This document shows positions 12,588 through 23,617 of a stretch of DNA of 64,000 bases, piece by piece. The number at the start of each line of letters is the position of its first letter. Within the stretch, counting starts at the first letter, position 1. A program made the translations under genes and the position numbers. The notes under the pieces were generated by a model. It was not told the DNA's origin. It did no database searches and was given only the letters and a program-made list of their open reading frames with translations. The stretch covers positions 1,488,001 to 1,552,000 of the forward strand of contig BQFW01000001.1 in the NCBI GenBank assembly GCA_020891255.1, given 5' to 3'. Origin of the DNA: Entomortierella parvispora E1425. Taxonomy: Eukaryota; Fungi; Mortierellomycota.

Positions 12588-13592
12588 ATGAGCTCATCCA
12601 CCGACAACACTCTGAATGAGGGCTCAAAGAGGCCAACCTACATCGCCAAGCATGATGAGGACCATCAGATTCAGGAGGACCGGGACTATTCGATATCTAA
12701 GCGCAGCCGTGCACCTACTTTGAAACAACGAACCGTTACCGCTACCAAAACCAAAAACTCGGCCAAACGTCGCCCCGCCACCAAAAGACCCACTCCTATG
12801 GTCACCAGAAGTACGGGAAAAATCCAGCCCCCAGCACTCGAAACACCCCCTCAAAGCATCCTCCAAAGAATACCACCTGGGGTATGGCACAAGATCCTCG
12901 ACTATTTGCCAGTATCCCATGTCCCAGCTTTATCCTTGAGTTCAAGATTCATGCTTCATATCTGTCAGACGTGGCCGGCTTGGAAGGATTTTTGTGAAAC
13001 CAACGACCTTGGAAAGCCAAAAGGAAGGTTGGACCAAGCCTACATGGCCCTTGTCTGCACCGAATCCTACTACATGTGCGACCAGTGCCACAGCAGGACC
13101 ACAGGAACAAAGCCTTTCATGCCGCAGGAAATACCCTTGCCCGTCCACCATTTTGGAGACCGAGCCCATCTTTGGCGTCTCTGCTGGGCATGTCGCGTGG
13201 ATTACTACAAGCGGTACTTGCCTCCATTGCTGACCATTGATCCGAGGAAAGTGGCGACCGTCAACTGGCTCGAGAGCAACTTGCATTTGACAGAGAAGGA
13301 TCTTGAAGAGGGGCTGGATTACTTTTATGAGCCCGATCAAGAACAGCTTGCTAACTTTGGGGGTTATTTCTTGGACAAGGATAAGGTCTCTCGTGGTGGA
13401 TGTATCTACCCCAGCGGTCTCAAGCTCTACAACAAAGCCAAGGCGATGCAATTGGCGATAGACAAGTTTGGAGGCGCGGTCGGACTCAATGCTGTCAGGA
13501 AGCAGACTGCACTACAAGTTGAACGGGACTATGATTTGAGAAAACACCAGTACTCCATGTTGTGCTGGTCCAGCATCTTTAAAAAGAAGTAG
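12588..13592 (+). CDS. F-box-like protein with Cys-x2-Cys pairs, single exon
   Basis: 334-aa ORF; LQRIPPGVWHKILDYLPVSHVPALSLSSRFM is F-box-like; CDQC and CWAC pairs; basic N-terminus. Confidence 0.65.
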   Translation: MSSSTDNTLNEGSKRPTYIAKHDEDHQIQEDRDYSISKRSRAPTLKQRTVTATKTKNSAKRRPATKRPTPMVTRSTGKIQPPALETPPQSILQRIPPGVWHKILDYLPVSHVPALSLSSRFMLHICQTWPAWKDFCETNDLGKPKGRLDQAYMALVCTESYYMCDQCHSRTTGTKPFMPQEIPLPVHHFGDRAHLWRLCWACRVDYYKRYLPPLLTIDPRKVATVNWLESNLHLTEKDLEEGLDYFYEPDQEQLANFGGYFLDKDKVSRGGCIYPSGLKLYNKAKAMQLAIDKFGGAVGLNAVRKQTALQVERDYDLRKHQYSMLCWSSIFKKK

Positions 13593-14298
13593 TCGGTAGC
13601 AGTCTTGAAGAGGCACCCTGGAGATAAATCTTGGACCCCGCACTGCCCACTGTTCTGGGAATAAATTTCGACGCGTTGTTCTCGTGTCAGGGCAGGTTGT
13701 CTCTAAAGGGGACACAGCTCGAAGAGGACTCAGGCTCAAGAAATGTTGCCAAATAAAATCAACAGGAATGATGCATCAAACTCCCATCATCGTTCATATT
13801 TAGTGAAGATCAGTTGGGCGCAAGCAACAGACCGCAGAGCAGACGGCAACACACCCAAGGCGAAGCAGGCGAAACCTTTTTTTTTTTTTTTTTTTTTTTT
13901 TTGGCTTTCTGTCCATCTTCCAATTGCTTCAGACATCCTTCCATCTCTCTTCCTTCCATCGTATCGCCTCTATTCGCCATCATCCCATCATCCCCATCAT
14001 CATTCTTCATCTCCCCAGCGTCTAATTTGACTACCTTCGCTCCATCGACATACTGGTAAGCAATGACCGTGTATTTTTCTGACTAGCATCATAATTGGGT
14101 ACCATAGTCAGTCACTCAAGGTCAACATATTGCGGCTGAATATTGTGAAGCTGTGTTAACATTGACCTATCAGCCCACACATTGCCGCCAAACCTTTCAT
14201 GGTAAACTACAAAAGGGAAGCAGTTGTGTAGCCACAACATTCAGTCGAAGGTTGCTGATCCCTGTCTCTTCTTTTCATCTTTTATCTAGGCTGTTGCA

Positions 14299-14921
14299 AT
14301 GCCGAGCTCCAATAAGGTCTTAAAACTTCACAATCAGTCTTCATCTCAGGGCCTCCTTGCACTGCTTTCCGGTGCCCATCAGGGGGACCAAGCACGTCTC
14401 GACATCTGTAACCAGCATTCAATTGACAACAGCGCTTCACGCTCTTTATCGTTAGCGTCTGCTCTAATGTCCAGTTTATTTCAGCCCAGTATCATCGATC
14501 CACAAATACCTCGGTAAATGCCTTCTGCGTCTTCAACTTTGTCAAATTTCAAAAATCGAAATTCGCAGATGTAGGATCAACACCTGTCTTACCGCTGCAA
14601 CGCACTCCAGACGCGTTACAATCGACAATGGTCGGCTCGTTAGTTGTACAGGAAGCACCAAGCACCGCTCTTTTGCCTGGCGACGACGAGCCGATAGAGG
14701 ACACCCTTCAACTTTTCCACCGTTGTCGCCTTCTTGAAAGAGAACGGAATAGCTCGAGGCAGCCACTGTCACCATTGGTATTGACAAAACCTTCACCCAC
14801 CGCGCATGACAACGATCAGGAGGAGTGGACCCGGTCCATGGAAATCAACCCATTGGAGAAAACGTATCTCTTCAGTGTGATTGCTCGGATAGCCAGCTCG
14901 TTCATGACAGAACCTACCTAG
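14299..14921 (+). pseudogene. Relic of an NLR-like gene N-terminus (Arm-like domain fragment)
   Basis: LLPGDDEPIEDTLQLFHRCRLLER...QEEWTRSMEINPLEKTYLFSVIARIASSFMTEPT* parallels the Arm-like domain of the gene at 1-1015 (LLPGPDEPLQTTRQLARCLALL...WRRSTLDNRHEMARLEDLSFQIIERF) but stops in frame with no continuation. Confidence 0.5.
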
Positions 14922-15082
14922 CTTCGTAGACAATGGAAACAGAGTCAGTATTCTTGAAGTACGCAGAAAATACAGTGCTAAAATACTGAGGAGGAACATG
15001 GAAGACGGTGCTGTGAACCAAGTTATTCAGCGAGAAAGGGGGAGTATAGAGAAGAGTTTCCCTTAGTTCCTTTTGAATAGAA

Positions 15083-15247
15083 ACTTGTAAACCATCATTT
15101 CCCGACCAGAGGTCCAGACAGGGGCATTCCTTGATTTAACAAGGCGCAGACCCCCTGGATCCAGCTTTGGAATCCAGCGAGCACAAAACCTGACCAACAC
15201 ACATCTGGAAACAGAAATGAATGGCCCAGACAGATTTACGGAGTGCA
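15083..15247 (-). ncRNA. Candidate snoRNA-like structured RNA, copy 1
   Basis: Closing stem CCAU-U-CAUUUC/GAAAUG-AUGG followed by UUUACA(AGU); internal hairpins CUGGAUUCCA-AAGC-UGGAUCCAG and CAGGGG..CCUUG-UUAAAU-CAAGG..CCCCUG; antisense to 18S rRNA at 15110-15120 and 15187-15201 (rRNA sequence recalled from memory). Confidence 0.5.
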
Positions 15248-15295
15248 CCCCTCTCTCTCGTGTTCGTCAGCCTTTTAGTCTCTGTTTGAAAAGAA

Positions 15296-15460
15296 ACATG
15301 TAAACCACCATTTCCCGACCAGAGGTCCAGACAGGGGCATTCCTTAACTTAACAAGGCGCAGACCCCCTGAATCCAGGCTTGGAATACAGCGAGCACAAA
15401 ACCTGCCCAACACACATCTGGAAACAGAATTGAGTAGCCCAGCCAGTTTTACGAAGTACG
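15296..15460 (-). ncRNA. Candidate snoRNA-like structured RNA, copy 2
   Basis: Same fold as copy 1 with one U-A to C-G compensatory pair and two pairs converted to G-U (tolerated only on the minus strand); ACA retained at 15299-15301; antisense elements at 15323-15333 and 15400-15414. Confidence 0.5.
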
Positions 15461-15670
15461 GCTCTTTTCTTTCTCGTACTCACAAGGTTCATCAGTCCGA
15501 AGGATTTCCTTTACTTACCAATGGAGGGGAAATGAGGGGAGTTTGAGGGAGTTTTATGCTAGGAAGTTAGAATGATGGGAGAAAGGGGTGGACGTCGACG
15601 AGAAACATGAACCGGAGGCAAGAAAAACGCGAGGAGCCAGCACAATCCAGGCAATAATTTATGGGTGCTT

Positions 15671-16386
15671 TCAAGGACCTCCAGGCACTTTTGGAAACGA
15701 GATGCCGTTCAAGGTCTCGGACGCCGTCTTCTTGGTATTCTTCTTCTTGACCTCTGTCTGCCTCAAGAAAAAGATGTCCCGATGCAAGACCCAGTACGCT
15801 GGCTTTTTTCTCGCCTCTGCCTGCCGCCTCTCCAGTTCCTGGGCCTGTATCCGGGCCTTTGTTGCTTCCTCGTCGTTGATAAAAGAGGTGACGGAGCTGG
15901 CAGCCTTGGAGGCAACAGATCCCAATCCTGAAAAGACTGCAGATCCCAGTTTGGCTGCATGTGATTTCTTATCCTCGGTGTCCTTCTTGACGGCGGCCTC
16001 TGCTTCCAATTGTTTCTTCTTTTCAGCATCGGCCTTTTTCTTTTTGATAGCTGACACGGCTGCAAGCGCTTCGGCCGTGGGGACGGGAGGAAAACCTTCT
16101 CCAGAAGCGAATCCTGGATCCTGAAGATGAGAGGGGCAGATATAGAACCAGTCGCCACCGTCCTTGGCAGTCAGGACCTTGGTCGTCATTTTCATGCAGA
16201 TGTAGCTATATAGAGGATAGATCGGCTATTGAGGTTAGCACCTTGTTTTGTTCGGTATGTGCACTGCTTCTCGTTGGACTGGTATGGTGGGTGATTCCGA
16301 CTGAATGAAAGTAGACAATCGCTTTACCATGAACGCTCACTTGTGGCAGTCTTTTCGACATAGGCATTGCGCAAGGTCGTTGACAT
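15671..16386 (-). CDS. VFA1: Vps4-associated protein 1 (DUF1742 family), 2 exons
   Basis: Exon 16328-16386 plus exon 15671-16205 gives MSTTLRNAYVEKTATSERSCYICMKMTTKVLTAKDGGDWFYICPSHLQDPGFA, with the CxxC and FYICxxHLxDxGF motifs and a C-terminal FPKVP. Confidence 0.85.
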
Positions 16387-16660
16387 TGTCGGCAAGGTCG
16401 CTGGTCAAGGAATGACGAGGTAGGGCGAGGAGAGGAGAGGGATGAATAAAGATGGAATGGACGAAAAGGCCAAGAGAAGAGAGTCGACGCCCAAGACACA
16501 CCCCACACAGCACCGCAAGGAAGGAAAAAAAAAAAAGGTGACTGCCCACCTGCCACCCCTCTTCCGCCCAACGGACGCACGTTTTCTTTGTTCTGTTGTC
16601 GAGGGTCGCGGCTTTGTTGCCAGTCATCATCTCCTTTCCTTCTTTCACTTCTCATTCATC

Positions 16661-17802
16661 ATGTTGGCAGACAGATTCAAGAGCGCATCTGCCTTCATGG
16701 CTGCGAACCGCAAACTCAACCTGCCCTCATCAACAAAACTCGCTGTAAGGACATGTCAATTTCATGGAGACCAACTGTGTTGATGCCTCAAGCCCCTAAC
16801 GAATCTCTTGTCCCCCTGTAGCTCTATGCCGATTTCAAACTGGCCACAGAAGGCCCCTGCACGCAACCTCGTCCATCATTAATCGAGTTTGAAAAATCTG
16901 CAAAATGGAAGGCATGGAAGGAAGCTGAGGCTGCTTTTCTGAAGGAACAGGGACAGGATCCAGAGAATACTCAGGACACGCTTTCTACCCGAGCCATGAT
17001 CTCATATATTCAACGTGTCGAGGATGGACAGTGGGGCTGGACCTTTGATCCGTCTGAATCTTTGACTCTGGAACTCTCATCGACCCACAACACCGCATTT
17101 TCGTCGACTGGAGATCAGGATCTGGATGAGCTTAACGAATATTTGGGTGTCGACAAGGACGAGATCTCAGCCGAGGAACTGCTCGCTCGACCCTATGTTC
17201 CTATTCAGGGTCAGGAGATGGAAAGCGCCTCTATGACGGCCTCGGGCATTAGCACCATGGCTCGGCCGGAAGAGTGAGTTGTCCAAAATGAGAAATGATG
17301 TTTTTGATCTGCCACGTAGGTCTAAAATTTTTGTCGTGTCAATTTTTTTTTGCACACGAATTATTAGAGATGATCTGGAAGAAGAAGACGTGCTCGCCTC
17401 AGCAAAGAAGGGATCAATAGAATCTCTCCGGGAGGCCATTGCTGCCGACCCTTCTCTCGTTTCAGCAACGGATGACATGGTGGGTATCAATCTCCAGGCT
17501 TGTTTATGACTGCTATCTTGGAGAATCAATTGGCTCATCAAAAGACATTTTTTGCTTTTATTCTTTAGGGCATGACGCTACTGCATTGGGCCTGTGATCG
17601 TGGACAACTGGACAAAGTCAAGGCACTGGTCGAGGAGTATCACGCTGATGTCAATGCGCAGGACTTGGAAGGAATGACGCCTCTGCACTACGTCTACATG
17701 GCTGGATGGCCGGAAGTAGGCACCTACATCAAGTCAGTGCCTGGAGTTGATTTGGGAATTGCTGATCACAGTGGTATGTTGGCAGAAGAATATGAAGACT
17801 AG
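16661..17802 (+). CDS. Acyl-CoA-binding domain plus ankyrin-repeat protein (ACBD6-like), 4 exons
   Basis: KLALYADFKLATEGPC...EKSAKWKAW is an ACBP domain; GMTLLHWACDRGQ and GMTPLHY are ankyrin repeats. Confidence 0.9.
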
Positions 17803-18342
17803 GCCGCCTATAAAATACTTGTCAAACAAAAAGCGGAGGAAAGTATTGGCTGTCGGAGACGTGTTTTTTAAAGTGAGGCAGTCTTGACACTGTGGCGATA
17901 CCATGGATCGAAACTGCTTTTTTTTTCACATGATGTACTATACATTGGAATATGTGATTTATCCCAGCATCAGGGTAAAGAGGTGCAGAATGATAGCACC
18001 GTCCCAAGTGCATGCCGTACTTGGGAATCCAAAATTGAATCCGATAACCAGACAGCGGAAGAAAGGGCTGCTACCTTCAGTATACAGCTCAAAAAGTCGG
18101 GGCAAAGAGGACTTTGGATATCTTCATGCTCAGTTTTTACTTGTCCCAGACCACGACTTCGGGATGCTTTTCTGGATTTGGCCGTTGTATCGGCAAGTAC
18201 CCTGGGTTGAACAAAACTTCAAAGCACGATCGATGTTTTGCAGTTTATCATAAATATTGCGTAGTCCTCAAGAAAACAAGAATTCCCAAAAAAAAAAAAA
18301 AAAAAAAAAAAAACAATTCAAAAACTAGAGTCTGCTCCAGCA

Positions 18343-18967
18343 ATGAAACTCATAACCGTCGTTACTCTTCTGCTATTTGCGCCATCATTGGCATATGCCG
18401 CTCCTGGGCATCTCGCTGGGATTGTCTGGTCTTTCCGAAAGTCTCCCACAGATGGCCTGGACGACGTGACTTTTCCCTTCAAAATCGCCAAGTCTCCCCA
18501 CCGGCGCGGCTACTACTAGCCAGCAATTCGCAATCAAAGGTATCGAATCCCTTTCCTACGGCGTCCAGCCCCAGCCCAATGATGCCAAGGGCAACAGCAT
18601 TGTCCGTGGAGTGTTTTCCACGTTTCAAAAAGGAAGCAGCAGTTCACATCCGAACTGCAAAAATGGGGCAGATGGTGGCCCAGGCGTCAGTTGTGCTGTG
18701 GAGATCATCGGTAACTATGATCACACGTACAATTTAGAGGTCAAGAGAATCCAAGGGACGACCTGGAGAGGATCTTTGATCGACTCTGTTACAACGACCC
18801 GAACTGTGATTGGCGAATGGACACTGCCCAAGGAAGCTCTGAAAATGGCCAATGGCTACACGGGTTTCTTGGAGTACTTTCCCTGGAATGGCCAAAAACC
18901 GGTAGGAGTTTGCAGCGATGGTCTACCAGTAGGATCTTATAGCGACCTTAATAAAGCGCAATCTTGA
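18343..18967 (+). pseudogene. Disrupted secreted-protein gene (CxxGADGGPGVSC family)
   Basis: Signal peptide MKLITVVTLLLFAPSLAYA; after RGYY an in-frame TAG (~18517) with a frameshift, then QQFAIKG...GVQPQP...VFSTF...CKNGADGGPGVSCAVEI...GTTWRGSLID...GEWTLP...GFLEYFPWN resumes in another frame; the C-terminus looks shortened. Confidence 0.7.
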
Positions 18968-19714
18968 AGAACCACTGAACCTCGTGGGCCCGAAGGACTT
19001 TGCCGCCGACAAAGAGAAAAGGAAAAAAAGAGAAAGAAAAAAAAAAAAAAGAAATGATCCACAGTCTACCATCAACACCCAGATATTGACCAGCTGGTTG
19101 TAGCGATGCTGTGATTGATCTTCGCAGGATTAGGTTAAGAGTATCTGGTGGGGGGTGAGTTATGTCCGCACCAGGCTCGAGTCTGCGATCTGAAGAATCA
19201 GAAGACCTTTTTATGAGCGAGGCCAACTCGGGAGTCGATCCCGCGCCGTCCAGCTCAGTAAGGCCATCCCAGGGCTGCCACAGGGCCTCCCACTTCCTCT
19301 CATTCCCGGCGCTCCAGTCCAGCGAGGCTGATCTGACTGCCAAAAATTTTATTTTCGAATTTTTTCGGGCGGCTTTGAAGGGGGGGCGCCTGCGAAGGTC
19401 TGACGTCACTGTATTTTATTGATCGCATGTGCTTCACCAATCCCCTTTTTGACACCCTGTCCTCGCTCGCATCATGCGGTGATGCAGGGACAGAGCGAGG
19501 CGAGACACTCATTCATTCATTTTTGCCCATTGCGTGCGTTTTGTTCTCGTTCACGTCCTTCATCCCTTCTTTCTCTTTGTTTCCCTCTGACTCGCCCTTC
19601 CCCTCGCCCATCTCCCCCTGACTCTCATCTACCCCCCAGTACTCTGCTGCATCATCCCTCTTCCAGCTCTTTGCATTCCCTTCCCCCTGACATCATCCTT
19701 CCCTAACCGTCATC

Positions 19715-21542
<1,828 letters not shown>

Positions 21543-22453
21543 AAGAGAAACCGTTTCCCTCCCTGTTTTTTTATTTTCAATCTTTGCCCAACCACGTTTT
21601 TTTTTAAACTTCTCTTCTTTCACACACACTCGCAACCACACACATACTTTGCTTGTTTGCTACGATTGCCGTGAGGCAGTCCCATGTCCACTCTCTTCTC
21701 ACTACCAATCCGCGCCTTTTCAGCCTTGCGGCCATCGTAATATCACCTTGCATCTGAAGTAAAACGTTTTTTTTAAGAAAACAACTACTTGAAAGAAGGA
21801 GCCCATTTCTTTTGGCTCTCGCAAAGTCGCTCTTCGTCTCCTTTCTTCTCCTTGTGCAGCTCCCAATATGGAGTATGCGAGACAGCAACCATGTACTTTC
21901 CTTTTCAGAAGAAGGCGCCACTCTCAAGAAAAGGAGCCGACTGCAGGCAAGCATGAAATACGGTACAGAGCAAAGCACAAAAGAGAAATAAGGTGACATG
22001 AAACCATTACCACCCCTTTTAGAGAGCTGCTCTCCCTAAAAAAACTAAAGAGGACCGACGCGACCTGCTCTACAAAGACTAGAGATCTAGCAAAAGTACG
22101 ATGGGGAACGTGGTCGTTCTTCCTTTTTTTTATTTTGAGAAGAAATCCTTTTTTGACCGTTCAACCTCCTGAGAGAGAGAGAGACCTTGTGAGATTTTTG
22201 AACACGGAGCTAGGAGAGCAAGGGGCAAGGGGGAAGTGGAAGGCAGAGAAGGGGCAGGAGGACAACGGGGATCCACCAAACGCGTTGCGTTTCTATCTTT
22301 TTGGTTCATTTCTCATTTTTGTATAAAGAGGGAGCCCCGATGGACCAAGTTTTTTCTTTTCTTTCTTCTTTTGTCTTTCACAGCTCCAACATTGCCACCA
22401 GAAAAAAAAACCAGTAAACAACAACAACATTCCAAAGAAGAAACAAAAAAAAA

Positions 22454-23269
22454 ATGACTCGCATCACCGCTTCCTTCCTCCTTCTCAGTGTCTTGGCCCT
22501 CTCCAAGGCCTCTCTCTTGGTCCGCGCGGACGAGGGAGTGACCTCGGGCTGTGTGATCAACACGCCCAAGGAAATTACCCCCCGCGTCGGTAAAGATTTC
22601 AAGATCACCTGGAGTGGTTGCAAAGGACACGGCAGAATCCAGGTCCGTTCCGGAGACCCCAAAAATTTGGATGAGGATGACGACTATGCCTGCGAGTTGA
22701 GCAACATGGCGGATAAGGATTACTGTTACTGGGTTCCCAAAAAGGAGGGCACCTTCAGTCTCTCGGTCATCGACGATTCCGGCGTCGAGTCCTTCACGGC
22801 CAAGTTCCAGGTCGAGGGAGGTCACAACAAGGTCAAGCGCGGTTTCGGAGGAAGGGCCAAAGCCAACAGAAGAGGTGGAAGGGGCAAGCACGGAGGACGC
22901 CCTAAGCACGTCAAGTTTGGCCACCCAAAGGTCGAGAAGATCGAGAAGGTGCTCCACCCTAGGTCCGAGAGGGATGACCACCCCAAGATTAAGAAGGACG
23001 ACCACCACAAGATTGAGAAGGTGGTCGACCACCACAAGGTTGAGAAGATCGACCACGGCCACCCCAAGGTTGAGAAGGTCGAGAAGGTGATCTACCCCAG
23101 GTCCGAGAGGGATGAACACCCCAAGATTGAGAAGGACGACCACCACCAGGTTCAGAAGGTCGAGCACCCCAAGATCGAGAAGGTCGGTCACCCCAAGGTT
23201 GAGAAGAAGCCCGAACACGAAGCCCACCCTGATGCGCCTCGTCGCCGCAGTCTTCCTCTTCGCCTTTAA
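22454..23269 (+). CDS. Secreted protein: Kre9/Knh1-like Ig-like N-terminal domain plus His/Lys/Glu repeat tail, single exon
   Basis: Signal peptide; INTP..RVGKDFKITW...YWVP...FSLSVIDD...SFTAKFQV resembles the Kre9/Knh1-like N-terminal domain; tail of H[P/H]K[V/I]EK repeats with a 46-aa (138-nt) internal duplication; strong codon bias. Confidence 0.75.
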   Translation: MTRITASFLLLSVLALSKASLLVRADEGVTSGCVINTPKEITPRVGKDFKITWSGCKGHGRIQVRSGDPKNLDEDDDYACELSNMADKDYCYWVPKKEGTFSLSVIDDSGVESFTAKFQVEGGHNKVKRGFGGRAKANRRGGRGKHGGRPKHVKFGHPKVEKIEKVLHPRSERDDHPKIKKDDHHKIEKVVDHHKVEKIDHGHPKVEKVEKVIYPRSERDEHPKIEKDDHHQVQKVEHPKIEKVGHPKVEKKPEHEAHPDAPRRRSLPLRL

Positions 23270-23617
23270 GGAGAAGAAGAAGAATGATAGACTGTAGCCC
23301 AGCTCTCTGCTTCTCTCTGTCTCTCGTACACATCCAGCCGTTTTCATACACCGCATTAGCATCTTCAACATTCATCAATTCCCACCATCGCCATCGTCCT
23401 CTCTGAAGGCGCCGAGAGGGGCTCAAGAATAACAATAAAGAATGACATGATTATCAAGAAGCATTGAATATTTCCTTCTCTATTAAAAAACTGACCTTAA
23501 AACTGCTCTGAAAAAAAAAAGATGTCAAAACGTCGCTAAACCTTGAAAATCAGTCTTTTCTTTAGAGGTTTATTATGGTAATCTATGCATCCACCGTGCG
23601 CAACTCTAGAAACATCA

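Larger units (their letters stand above)
15072..15500. repeat. Tandem direct duplication, 213-bp offset, about 90% identity over the ~175-nt core
   Basis: Direct comparison of 15072-15247 with 15285-15460 shows about 17 substitutions and no core indel; looser similarity extends to ~15500. Confidence 0.95.

Noticed and set aside
15100-15205. Repeat as a degenerate 18S rDNA fragment on the plus strand
   Set aside because: The two rRNA-like words occur in the opposite order to 18S and the intervening sequence is unrelated.
15063-15248. Small 61-aa ORF within the repeat, open in both copies
   Set aside because: Most substitutions between copies change the amino acid, there is no shared ATG, and no motif is recognisable.
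15260-15500. CUGAUGA/CUGACGA upstream of each RNA copy as a hammerhead ribozyme core
   Set aside because: No stem II closing onto GAAA in either copy; other ribozyme, TPP riboswitch, U3, RNase P/MRP and spliceosomal snRNA consensus motifs also did not fit.
22313-23371. 352-aa hydrophobic ORF antisense to the His/Lys repeat gene
   Set aside because: Reverse complement of AAG/GAG/CAC-rich codons yields Leu/Val-rich text; not an independent gene.
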